Below the pieces are notes generated by a model, which did no database searches, had not been told where the DNA came from, and worked only from the letters and a program-made list of their open reading frames with translations. This document shows positions 31,993 through 44,000 of a stretch of 64,000 nt of DNA, piece after piece; position 1 is the stretch's first letter; every line of letters begins with the position of its first letter. Source of the DNA: Caecitellus pseudoparvulus (Eukaryota > Protista > Bigyra: Bicosoecida); assembly GCA_965644315.1 (NCBI GenBank), contig CBFFRQ010000031.1, forward strand, positions 1 through 64,000. The letters run 5' to 3'. The position numbers were made by a program, and so were the translations under genes.

Positions 31993-33567
31993 GGCCTCAG
32001 TATGTATGCCGCTGACGCCTGTAGTGGCCGCTGCCTGTGGTGTTGGGGAAGCGTAGGACGTTGTGTGCTGTGAAGTATAGCCAAAGCGCTTCTCGCAAGT
32101 GCTGGCGAAAGCGAGGCGCCATGCTCACAGCCACGCACCATGGCGATGGATGGCAGGGTCTTGGCCAAGAGTGGCAGTACGAAAGAGGTGGCTTCTGTGG
32201 GATGTAGGCAGCAGGCAGGTGTGTTGGGGTGGCGGGGAGACAGTGTGTTTGTTTACGAATGTGGGCGCAACTTCCGCACTTGCAGCAGTGCATCCTCACC
32301 TACTGCGGTCAGGCGAAGAGACGCGGGCTTGGGCACACTTATGGTGCGCTTTCTTTCGCTTCTCAGGCCTGTGTTATTGTTTGCTGAACTACAGTTGTGT
32401 GCATTATGGCAATGTGTGTGTGGCTTGGTCTGGCCACGCGATACCCCAGCTTCGCGACTGAGCCAAAAGTCCACAGGCCAGGTTGCCGTCATCCTCACCA
32501 TGACAGTCCTCAACATGCTGCACACTTCCTCGTTTAGTTGGGAAGACACTGACTTGCGTCGCAACGACGTGGCAGTGACCGCATCGGCAACACTACGCTG
32601 GATGGCATCGTCTACCACCTGGCAAGACGGATCGGCTCGACGGCAGCACATCACGCCCACAGCCAGCTGTGCCTACCAGTGGCGCCATTCGCCACGCTGT
32701 GTGCTGGGGCAGCCGAGGGCCATGCGCATGTCGCCCGTGGCTTGTCTGCCATAGGGGCGCTGGCGCTGTTGGTGGAGGTAGTGGCGTCCTTCCGCCACAC
32801 ACCCCTGGCCTCGGCCTCGTCCACTGTGCAGCAGACTGTCGTGCGCCTGCTCCAGGCAATGTCGGCAAGACCAGCCGAGTGGCCACCGGACATGATGGGT
32901 GACTTGTCGTGTCTGGTGGGTTCAGCCACCGCAACTTAGGCCCATGGCTGCGAGACCGGCACTGCCACTGCCCTCCCAGCCTGCTCACGGCTAAAGGACT
33001 AAGTGCGAGTGCGGGTGTGTGAAGCTGCCCCTGTAGCAGCGGCTGTGGAACTTTCGGTTGAGCCTGTCCAGGGTATGGCGGTTGAACGCATGAAGCAACG
33101 CCAACACCTTCTCCACAGCGTTGCCTCGTACTTTCCGGTAAACAATCAGTAGTAGCACCTCAGTCCATCCCAACCTCGGTCATAGACATGTGGCGGCGAA
33201 TCCCTGCCTCCCTCCGCCCGTACCTCGAGCAGCAAGCCACCTGCGCCAAACCTGCGAGCCACACCCATGCGCAGCCAACGCTTTCATGCCAAGTGTGCTC
33301 TATTTTCCAAGCTCGTCTCAAACTTCAGCGGTCCAAACCAATACATAGATTGCATTTACGTCTGAATACAGTCAGTTCTGTTCCCAATCTGCCATGGCTG
33401 CACTGTTGTAGGGCTTTGCGTCTTCGGCGTGGTGGAGCAAATTCCGCACGCTCCGCCCGCACTGGCAAGGCAAAACAGGGCACTATCAAACACTAGCGCC
33501 CCGATTCCCAAGCTATCGTCGGTCAATGCACGAACATGCCTCCGTGGGGCAGCCACTTGCATTCACT

Positions 33568-36267
33568 TCAGCGAGCAGCGCCTTGAGTTTCGGGCCGATA
33601 GGCCACGGCTCGATCCCCGCCGAGGGCAAGCAGCTCGTCCACAACTGCCTTGTGGTGATACACACAAGCCATGCGGAAGCCGGCATCATTGCGTACATGA
33701 ACGTCCACTCTTCGATCTCCTGTCAAGGCCAGGAGCTGCTGCACGACAGCAACATGGCCGTTTCGGCATGCGACCCGAAAGGCAGACTCTTCGTCAACGT
33801 GCACGTCCACTTCACGTGGCCCAGTCAGTGCCAACAGCTCCCGAACAACATCTGTTCGGCCTCCTTCGCATGCCCATCGGAAGGCTGTCTCTGGGACGCC
33901 CTTCGTTGCTGTGTGCACGTCTACCTCACGGTCGCCGACGAGCCCCAGCAGCTCACGCACAACATCAGTGCGGCCATTCGAGCAGGCCATGCGGAAGCCA
34001 GCTTCTGGTCCATTCTTGTCTTTCGCGTGCACATCCACTGGTGTGTGGGTCGAGCGTGCCAGAATTTCTTCGACATAGTCGCTGTCGCCGCTCTCGACAG
34101 CCCACTGCAGAATGCCGGAGAGGCTGGACTCTGCTGCATCGCTTTCGTCTTCCTGCCGGCAACCGAGAGACAGGAGAATGCGGACAACGTCAATGTGTCC
34201 ATTCGCACAAGCCATGCGGAAGGCGGCTTCAGGGCCACTCTGATCTGCAGCGTGGACATCCACTGCAGCCTCGCCTTGCAGTCGCAGCATCCTCCTCACT
34301 TCACCAACATTGCCAGTCGCGCATGCTACGGTAAATGGTGGTGCATCCTCGGGCACAGGCAGTGTTGGCACTGCTTGAGAACTCTGTCGCCTGAGGATTT
34401 CCTGAACAAGCGCCAGATCACCTGTTCTACACGCAAAGTCCAACAAAGCGACATCTTCCGATGCCCAGCTCGGTCGGGGAACGGCTTCAGATGATCTTGC
34501 GGGGTCAGTTGGGCTCGTGCCTTCCTCCTCCCCGCTCAAGCCACCTCCTGAGCCAGTGCTGGGATCAGGAAGCACTTGGCCATCGCTGGTGCCTTCCTCT
34601 GCGTCGCCCCCGCCGCCTTCCTCTTGGCCATCGCTGGTGCCTTTCTCTTGGCCATCGCTGGTGCCTTCCTCTGCGTCGCCCCCGCCGCCTTCCTCTTGGC
34701 CATCGCTGGTGCCTTCCTCTTCGTCATCACTGCTTGATAACGTCGCGTCCTCTGCCCTTGCGGCTACACAGGCTGATGCGTACGCTGTCTGACAAGGGTG
34801 AAGCTCAGCCCCGAGCATGGTATCCAGCTGCTCTTGAAGGTGGCACCACGGCAAAGCGTCGTCAGCGTTGATGGGGGACCCCCCGATACGTGCTCCAGCC
34901 CCAGCGATGCCTGCAATTTCGCGAAAAACGACTTGCAGGCTCTCTCGAAGGGGGACTGTGCGCGGGCGTGTCCACAGGTCAGCGCACGCAGATAACAGTA
35001 CTTGGCAGTCGGCAGTCACGAAAGCATCGACGAACTCCTCAACAGTGGACGCTGAGAGTCCCAACACAACAAAGCTGTCCAGTTCAACGTGCCCAACTGG
35101 AACGTCGCACGCCTCGGCCACTGCAAGCAAGCCCAAGATCTTCTCGCAGAGGACCTTCCTCACTTCCCACGCCACGTCAGCCCAAGCATCATCGCGGACC
35201 AAACTGCTGAGAGGCCAGCACTTTTCGCAGTGAACCTGCACAGTCACTTCTGTTAGAGCTCCCAGTGCATCTTCTGGGCCTCCGTCAATGCTGGAATGTC
35301 TGAATGCAATTCCCAGCGCCCGTTGAACCAAGGGAGGGTACCCTCCGGCCAACCTTGCTCTTTCGGCTTGAAGGGACGCTGCTGCGCTGGTAGCCAAAGC
35401 AGCGACGCCGACTTTAACGCTCTTTGTCCAAGCGGCAACTCCCATTCGGGAGGTGTCCCAAGCTGGCAGGATGCAGTGGGAAGAGCCATACACAGACAGC
35501 GACTCGGTATGGAACTGAGAAACCAGCTCGGGCATACTAATGCCAGTCACTGGCCGCAGCCGCTTGCCACTGAGCGGCTGGCGAAGGTGCAGCGTGCCCT
35601 TCACCAGCTCCATTGCCTCGGCGGTTGACTCTAGATGGCCTGCAGCCTCTTCACTCTGCAGGTCACCCGCGACTTCTCCACGAAGCCACTCAGCCTGCTG
35701 CAGCAGGGATGCCAGGGCGTCAGAATGCGTCGTGCTTTCGCCGTCTTCGCTAGCCGCTGCTCCTCCGCCAACGACCCCCGCTCTTGTCTCTTGATACTTC
35801 ACCCACCAAGTGGAGAGACCAGCCAGAGCTTCTTCACAGGTGCGGGAGTGCTTCACGGACATCCACACCCGCAGGATGGGACGCCACACTGCACTGCACA
35901 CGGGCAGGGTATCAATGTCGATTCCCGAAAGCGCCTGGCAAAGTACTTCCACGGCACTGAAACACCGGAAGGAGCAGTAACGCAACGCAGCGCTCGCGTC
36001 GGCTCGTCCCTCCTCTCCCCTCAGCGCTTCGCTGCGCCGGGACAGGGAGCACCCAGCCTTGAGAAGCAAGTCACGCATCTCAACGATACTGAGATCACTC
36101 GCACATCCAAAAGAAGGTGGACTTTTTCCACGCCCTATCGCGATCATGCAGCGCAGGGCGGCTGCACACACTTGCTGCGCTTGCGGTGAGCCAAGCACTT
36201 TCGTCAAGCACGCCTGCGCAACTTCGGACTGTGGAAAGTGTGCAAAGCCCGACTGCTGGCCATCCAC
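33568..36267 (-). CDS. Paralog of 28801..31992 with fewer ankyrin repeats and an acidic linker
   Basis: Shared blocks SFRCF.AV.VL.QA, QQAEWLRGE.AGDL.SE.AA.HLES and VAEAC.V. Linker has EEGTSDGQ repeats (~34580-34720). Confidence 0.85.
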   Translation of the reverse strand: MDGQQSGFAHFPQSEVAQACLTKVLGSPQAQQVCAAALRCMIAIGRGKSPPSFGCASDLSIVEMRDLLLKAGCSLSRRSEALRGEEGRADASAALRYCSFRCFSAVEVLCQALSGIDIDTLPVCSAVWRPILRVWMSVKHSRTCEEALAGLSTWWVKYQETRAGVVGGGAAASEDGESTTHSDALASLLQQAEWLRGEVAGDLQSEEAAGHLESTAEAMELVKGTLHLRQPLSGKRLRPVTGISMPELVSQFHTESLSVYGSSHCILPAWDTSRMGVAAWTKSVKVGVAALATSAAASLQAERARLAGGYPPLVQRALGIAFRHSSIDGGPEDALGALTEVTVQVHCEKCWPLSSLVRDDAWADVAWEVRKVLCEKILGLLAVAEACDVPVGHVELDSFVVLGLSASTVEEFVDAFVTADCQVLLSACADLWTRPRTVPLRESLQVVFREIAGIAGAGARIGGSPINADDALPWCHLQEQLDTMLGAELHPCQTAYASACVAARAEDATLSSSDDEEEGTSDGQEEGGGGDAEEGTSDGQEKGTSDGQEEGGGGDAEEGTSDGQVLPDPSTGSGGGLSGEEEGTSPTDPARSSEAVPRPSWASEDVALLDFACRTGDLALVQEILRRQSSQAVPTLPVPEDAPPFTVACATGNVGEVRRMLRLQGEAAVDVHAADQSGPEAAFRMACANGHIDVVRILLSLGCRQEDESDAAESSLSGILQWAVESGDSDYVEEILARSTHTPVDVHAKDKNGPEAGFRMACSNGRTDVVRELLGLVGDREVDVHTATKGVPETAFRWACEGGRTDVVRELLALTGPREVDVHVDEESAFRVACRNGHVAVVQQLLALTGDRRVDVHVRNDAGFRMACVYHHKAVVDELLALGGDRAVAYRPETQGAAR

Positions 36268-37120
36268 GGGAGCAGAAGCCTCTGCAGCTTCCCCTTGTGT
36301 TGCTGTGATGCCTATTGTTGCCTGCGCACAGCGCAGCTAGCTCAGTGTGGCAACAGCACTTCCGTTTGCGGCAGCACTAGCGACAAGCAGGTGCAGTCCG
36401 CACGTTGCACACGCAGGTCTCGCTCCCTCGCTGCTTCCCACTCACCATGCTCGTACAAGTGAATCTGGGTGCTTCTTGAAGCCTGAGTCAAAGTCGGGTC
36501 GCGGCAGCTCAGTGGTGGCGTGCCTTGTTTGACCTTCCCTCACAGCAACTCACCTCGTCAGGAAACCCCGCAACAGCCTTGTCGCCGAGAGTAAACCACA
36601 AGGAGACTCGGTGATGCAAACTGGCACGGTTGAAACGTTTAAGTGGTGAAGACAGGCTTGAATGTGATTGAGATTTCGAATGTGCCCAGGCAACCTTCTC
36701 TGCGCGTCCGGTTGGGCCCAGCGTTTCGCTCCGGCTACCCCCTCGCATGGAACGGACTCGAAGGCACAACCCTCTCACCCGTGGCATATGCTTAGATAGG
36801 CCTCAGATAGGGTGGTTAAGGGCATGTCCAACTACTTCAGTCACTCCCCGACGCTCAAGGCCGGTCCTTGCTCCGGCAAAGGACCCCAGACGCACAAAGG
36901 CAGCACCAAACCAATCCACGCCGAGTGACTGTGTTTGGCAACCTTCAGCTACTTGGCGTGTCAGACATATCGCATGAGCTGCTGCCAGCGGCAAATCAGG
37001 CAGCGAGCCAGCCAACAATGTTGCGTCCCCAGGCAGTGGAAGCTACCCTGCTCTGCATCGCATGAAGAAGTTCCTCCTCCACTTTGGAGCTGACCGTGCA
37101 CCCCAGTGCAGCACACCCTC

Positions 37121-37812
37121 TCACCAGCCGTATCCTCGCCTGCGGGCTGTCTTGGCATTCGCCTTGGCTTCCTCTGTGGCCTTCTCCAAGGCTTCTGTAG
37201 TTTCACCCACCAGCGCTGTCTGGCCATCCAGCTCGTCCTGCATCCCTCGCCCCGCCTCAGCGAGGCCATCCAGCTTGGAGCTGATGGATTCCAATAGTGC
37301 GGCTTGCTTGGCTTCTTCGTGTTGCAGTTGCGGCGCAGATGCCGTGGCGAAGCGAGCTTCAGACGGCGCTTGGACAGCATGGGCTTGGCGTTGCCTCTGT
37401 GAATCCCCCTGGCCGGCGTCGCTGGTGCTGGGAGCCTTTCCAATTGAGCTCGCGGGGCCTTGTCCATACTCAGGGATATGACTTCGCTCTGGGGGGCCTG
37501 TCCACCAACTGCACGAGAGGAACGCAAAACTGGGCGTGATCCACTGGCGTTGCAGGCGCGTTTCGCCGCAACATACTTCACGATCGAACCCCAGAACGTC
37601 ATTCCCCTGAGGGTATGAGCCGCCTTCTTGTTCTGGTACTCCAACTCATGGGTCTTGTCCCGTGTCCGCTGCAGAGTTTGGCGCTGCTCCAAGAGTTCAG
37701 AGCCGGTTTGGGCGGCCAGGTCTTCGCACTCGGCCAGCGACGCAGTGGCAGCCGCCAAGCTGGCCGTCGTTGCCTGGGCGCTCTGCATCGCCGCTTGCTC
37801 AGGGTGGGCCAT
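37121..37812 (-). CDS. SNAP-25/Sec9-like Qbc SNARE (two SNARE motifs, one intron ~37510-37576)
   Basis: First motif: EDLAAQTGSELLEQRQTLQR..KKAAHTLRGMTFWGS. After a GTATGT..GCAG intron, a second motif ELDGQTALVGETTEALEKA ends in TGA at 37121. Confidence 0.6.
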
Positions 37813-38056
37813 GGTGCCTCTGCGCTAGTCTTCAGATGATAACTCGTTCATTCAGCACGCGTGCAAGTTGGTCGTGAGTCTTTGCATTCCATGTGAAATG
37901 TGTACTCCACCTAGACTCCGCTTCCAGAGGTGCATCCCCACCACAATTCCATGACTCCCCCCCATACACCACGTATTCGAGGACCAGGGTAAAACATGAT
38001 ATCTCAATCCACCGCTGCAGCATACGTTGCCAAGGCTCTGCGCCCAGCAGCAGGCG

Positions 38057-41000
38057 CTAGGTGGAGGGAGCCGCGCTGCAAGACACGGCTTCGCGGACCT
38101 GATCACGTCCCCCCCCGCGCAGGGTCTCCTGCCAGAGGTGGCCAAAGTCAAAGTCACCCATGCCAGCTGTGGCCTCCCCTCGCCCTGCACTGGTCCTTGC
38201 CCCATCTCCGCCAAGCTTGCCTGCAGTTGGGGAAGAGAGCGTCGAGGTCCTGGGGCGCCGGCTGACCTTCACCCTGCGCAAACCAGGCAAGGACAAAGTT
38301 GCGTCATCCAGGCCGGAGGAGGTGGCGGACAGGCCTTCGTGGGTCCCTTCAAGCTGTTTCTCGGCAACGTCTGAGCCAGACGCTTCCCGTCCATCCGCAC
38401 GCAGGCCGAACCGGGGCTCCCCTGCAAGCATCTGGGACACCATGGCTTTCGCACCCCGCCACAGCCGGTGGCCTTTTGCGAGGCGAGCCCTTCGCTGCGC
38501 ATCTCGAACAGCTGCCCGAGCAGCCTCCGCGCGTCTGCCTGCGGCAACGGCTTCCACTGCCTGGGCGCCGATGGCGCGCACTTGGCGGGTCAGCGTCTCC
38601 ATTGCCGCGCCGACCTTCGCCAAGCGTGCACGCGCCGCACGCGCTCGAGCTGCCTGCACTTTGGCCTCGTTCTTCTGTCCCGCAGCCAGCGCCACTGCCA
38701 CTGAGTCCCGGACGTTGTCAATCAAGGCGCTCATGGGGGGGACCGGGGGGGCCTGCAGCTGCTGCTCCAGCCACAGTACCAAGGAGTCAGTGCTGGCGGC
38801 CAGCGGCGCGGGCTCTGTCTGCTCCGCAGCAGGAGCCTTCCTGGCGTCGCTAGCACCTGAGGGTGCGTGCATCGTTGCCGCTGCTGCGGCTGCCGTGGTA
38901 CCGTACCGCCATGAGGTCATGGAGAGCCAGGAACCCCCCGCACCCAGCGTGGACGCCGGCACTTCCATGCCTGACAGCAGCTGCGCAAGTAGCCAAGGGT
39001 CGTCCGTGCACTTTGCCACCGCCCGGAGCGCTTCGTCTGAAGCTCTCATAAAAGCACCACACATTCTGAGCATGACAGCAGCAAAGTCTCGCTCTCCAGC
39101 CTTCGCAGCGAGCAGCGCCAAGTGCAGCAGCCGGACAGACCCCGAGCACTCCTTGATGTGCGCTGCGCAATTCACAGCCACCGACTCGAATGCAGGCTCC
39201 AAGGCGGCCACAACCTCTGCTTCTGCGTCCAAGGCAGCTCCACAACGCTGCAGCATCGTCACACACAGCAAGTCACGAGTGCCCATGAGGCCAGCAGACG
39301 AGAGCTTCGAGCGAACCTCGGGGGGGTTCGTCATGGTCAGCAGGTTGATGATGCCGACGGCGTGGACGAACAGGGAGGAAGGGCACATGTGTCCCAGCAG
39401 CGACACGATAGACCGGACCAGCTTGCTGAAGCTCACAGCGAACGTCTCAGCCGTGTCCCCGGGCAGGCGTGCGTCGCGGTGAATGCCGTGCAAGACAGCC
39501 CGGAGGGCAGCCACTTGCATGGCAGCATCGTCGCTGCTCTTCAGGATGTCTTGCCAGCCCTTGCCTTGTCCAAGCGCCGCATGCACCGTCGAAAACGACT
39601 GCTGCCCCAAGGCGCCGTTGGCGTACTTCGACCTGGAGCTGCTGCGCATGTGCAGGTCGTGCACGAGGACCAACTGCAAGAGTGCGTGCACACCAGCCAC
39701 GATCGCATCCCCCACACTGCCACTGCCGAATGGTTCGTGCCCCAATGAACCGTCCACGGACACGCCGCCACCGTCAGCGGCCGGTGCGTCCCCCAGGCAA
39801 GCGTCTCTCGCCTCCACGCGGCCTGTTGTGGAGTCGCTGCCCTCCAGCGATCTGGCCGGGACCCCAGCTGTGTGGGCGCTGCCGGCGCCTATGCCTGACG
39901 TGGCATCTTCCTGACCCTCTCGGCCGGAACCTGCCGCCACGTCAGAGGCGGCACGAGTTGCTGCCAGCTCCGTGTGGCCGCCCAACAGCTCCATGTCCAA
40001 GAGACTGCTGCTGACCGTGCTCGTACCGTCTGCGGAAGCAAACACTGGGTGCCGAACGGACGATCCTGGCAGGGTGAGGCCTCTGTCACCCGCTGCCGCC
40101 CCTTCAGGGCCGTCGTACATGGCTGAAGCGAGCTGAGCGAGTGAGGAGGCGCTGGCATACCCACCGTCTCGCCAGGCTGCCTCAAATGAACACAGACTCC
40201 GGAACCAATTCCCGGTAGAGAGCCACGCGGAGATGTTTTCATGGGCTGCAGCCGTCCGGGACACACTCACAGCTCGCTCAATGTCTGACAGGGCCCGCAG
40301 GACGACTTGCCCGTCTCGGCAGTGCGCCAGAAGCATGAACAGCGCATTCAGGAACGCTGGCTGTTCAAAGGACAGCTCACTGCCGTGATGCCACGCATTG
40401 AAGCGGCGGGATCCATGGTCACTGCTGCCAGCCAGGGAACCCTTGCTGCCTTCCCGGCGCAGCCCCCCCAAGCCGCCAGACGCGGGGTCTGTGGGGTCGA
40501 CCCCCGCCCGGAAGTACCCCGCTATGAGCCCCAGCAGCGCTTGGACGATGTCAGAAGTGATGGACCATCGGGCGAGGGAGGCCGCGACGGCATGAACACC
40601 GCCAGCAACGATGAAGGCACAGGCCTCTGCGTGCTTGCCTTGTCGCTGCAGCAGCACGGAGAGCAGCTTGATGCCAGAACATCGCACAGCCGGCAAGGAG
40701 CAATCTAGCAGCACCATGGGCAGCGTCCAGATATTGTCGCTAGCGTCGATGATGCGTTGCAGGAGCACCGTGCCGCCGGCGCTCATGAGGCCCATCAGCA
40801 GCGTGCTGACCACGTCCGCCACCATTGCCAGGGAGCCAGCCCCGGCAGTCGTGCTTGCTTTTGACTGGCTCGCTGCAGCATGCAGAAAGCTGACAAAGGC
40901 AGCTGCATCCACCAGAGGCAGCGTTTGGTACTTGGAGGGACTGCTGGGCCCACCTTGCCCGCAGTGCAAGAGGCTGCGACGCAAGGCAGCGAGGAGGGGC

Positions 41001-44000
41001 GTGCGAAGGCGGCGGTTTCCCTGGCTCAGCAACGCGATTTCCTCTGTTGGCACTAGAAGTCCATCTGCCAAAGGGGATGGGGGCAGCAGGTGTGGGTAGG
41101 CGAGGCGAAGCAAGTCAAGGAGGCGGGCCAGGCCGGGGCCATCCCCCACGCCTCGCTGAGAGCTGGCTTTATCGCGCAGCGCAAACCAGGCCTCCAGGGA
41201 TGCAGCGTCTTCCAATAAAGACTCGGCTACTTCATCTCCTACCTTTGCCTGCACTCCAGTGAGACGCCGCGCGACCAGAGACAGGGCACTGTCACTGACC
41301 GAGCCCCTCACTGCTGGGGCTTGAGTTGCCCCTGTCACCATGACAGCATCGCAGAAGGGCAGCAAGCTCAAGATGAGATCCAGGGCAGCGCCTTGCGTCA
41401 GGCGCCGGGCACCGCCGCTTGCATGCCGCAGCAGCGTACGGCGCTGCGCGGTTCGCCCGCCCAGCATGGACGGCACACTCGTCGACTGCGTCGTGGAGGA
41501 GGCAGCAGAATCCACTGCCCCCCCTCGTGCACTGGCGTACGCATCTGCAGCTCCACTGCAAGCAGAGTCTGCAGGCATCATGTCAAATAGCTCGGCAAAC
41601 GCCTCACGGGACCACAACATAGCCGCCAAGGTGGACTCGCGGTGTGTTTCAACCGGCGCAGAGTCACTGAATGGGGAGGTCATGTCAGGGCTCGCGAAAG
41701 ATATCGCCTCGATCATGCTGCTCTGCAGGTTCGCAAACTTGATCCTGCACCTCTGAAGCTGAGACAGCAGGACGTACTCCAAAGCAGCAAAGCCATCGTT
41801 ACCCGACCACCACTCGCCCAAAGAGGGCGTCGAGAGGCCTGGCGCGGGCCTCCCCACAAGCTGTACCACAACGCGCAGTGCTGCTTGCTGCTGCCGTGGA
41901 GATGCTGTCAGCATGGGAAGCAAGGCTGTGAGCAGGCCCAAGCGCATGTCGGCCCCCGAGGCAGCAGCCGAGTCGCCCTCGAGCGACAGCGCTGGTTGAG
42001 TTGTCGCCACAGCCAACATGGAGTCGCGAATTCGTGGGCGTGGTACTGGGTTGGGAAGGCTGGTGCTCGTGGTGGCGCTCGACTCGCCTGGGGCATCACT
42101 GCCTGTCCGTGGCGTTGACGAGTGTGCAGCAGCCAGCGCTTGTGGCTGTCCCGAACCCCGCTGCGGCTGGCCTCCTGTGAGCACGCCCCACACAGCAGTC
42201 GGTGTGAGATTTGCGGCCGAAAGCGTGGCAGCCAGGGACTCCTGCTCGCTGCCTCCCAGTTGAGCGGAGGGTGAAGGCCACGCTCGCAGTTCGTGGAGCA
42301 CTTGCGGTGTCCAAGACGGGCCTGCAGCCAAGACTACGCAGCCAATGCCTCCTGTGTACGCGCCCAGCCCACATGTCCCGCACAGTGACCATGGCGCGCG
42401 TGCCAGGTCATCCACGGAAAGGTCAGGCAGGGGCGCAACTTTCCGAGCAACCTCCGACGTGTTCACCCACAGCCCCGCGCTCACTCCATTCGAGTGCTCC
42501 ACGCTGCAGATGCTGAGGCCGATATGATGCCACTGGGCGCCCTGACCGGGCAGAACAAACTCCGGAAACGCAATGCGGGCGACCTCTTGCCAAGCCTGTC
42601 CGTGCAAGGCGTGAAAGCAGAGAACCAGCATGCAGCCACCCTTGGCGGCGTGCAGCTCCACGCTCAGCCTGCCTGTCGCGCATTCACTCGCAATGACCTG
42701 AACGTGGTCAGCATGGTGAAGGGGGCTCAGCTCGGGGCGAATCCAAAGGGCTAAGTTCAAACCTGGCCCATCGTGAGGGGCCACAGGGAGCAAGTGTCCG
42801 CTTGTCACTGCCCGCCCCACCCAACCAGACAATGGTGGCTGCAACGGCGACTCCAGAAGGCAGCCGATCATAAACAGCAGCTGCAACTGGAGGTCTTCGT
42901 ACCTTTGCAAGATTGCCAAGGATCCCTGTCTGGCCACCGCCGGCTCGGACAACGACGACTCCCACGCAAGAGAGCTGCTGTTTTGTGGAGACGTTGCTGA
43001 GAGCGCGGCTGCCTCCCTGGCAGCCCGCGCTCGCGCCATGCGGGCAGCCTCCACCTTCTTTGCGGCTTTGTCTTTCATGCGCACCGCAGTGGAAGCTGCA
43101 GTGGGCAGTATAGAGCAAGCCAGCAGGGTCGTCACATCCTCAGCAGTGCAACGGAAGTCAAAGAGGGCAACGCACAACGTCGTGACACACGGCAAGACAT
43201 CCACGGAGGCCGTTGCCATGAGGCCCAGGAGTGAGTTCGTGAAGGCAGGGCAAGACCAAGTGGAGGCAACTGTGTCCGACACCCGCGCTGCCCATTCCAG
43301 CGTTCGCAGCACGTCACACGCTGCCTCGGGCGAAATGCAGGAAAGCAACTCCAGCAATGGACGTGCCCACCCCACATGCGCGCATAAAATGTAGCGTGAT
43401 TGCGAGCGACTTGCCGCCTCGTCTACACCCCCCTGTGTGGCCGCCAATTCGAACGGGCCAGACCTGCGGTCTGCAGCACAGTGCCACGTCACGCCGCACA
43501 ATCCGCCTGCCTGAGGCGACTCAGCCCAGCAGCACAACGTCAAGCAAAGCTTCCCTACACTAGAAACTGAGCAGCAAGAAACGAGAGCGTGCAAGTGAGA
43601 TGCCAGCCATGCTGGTTCTAGCGCAGCCTGTGCGCGTCGGACACCGGCTCCGCCAGGCCCCAGCACACCCAAGCAAGCCTCTGCGACATCAAATCCCATG
43701 CCTTTCAGAGTCTGGGCAGTCTCTTCACCACGAGCCAGCTGCACCAAGCCCTGAACCATGCCACTTTGCAACAAGCGAGCTCGAGCGGCTGCAGTGGAGG
43801 TTGCGTCAGCCGTGGAATCGTCTAACGTTGCCAACAGGTCACGCACTGCACGTGCTGCCTGAGCACAATCAGTTTGCAGCCGATGGACAAGTGCTTGTGC
43901 CGCTTGATCCCCCAGCGCACGAGCAGAAGCGCAACCCTCGTCACTGGGCCATGCGCATGCTGCCATCAAGCTATCTGCCAGAACCACACACGAGCCAGAT

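Noticed and set aside
30542-32056. Long Pro/Ser/Thr-rich + strand ORF (and similar antisense ORFs at 12836-14065, 38160-39482 and 62810-63922)
   Set aside because: These are antisense shadows of GC-rich genes on the opposite strand.
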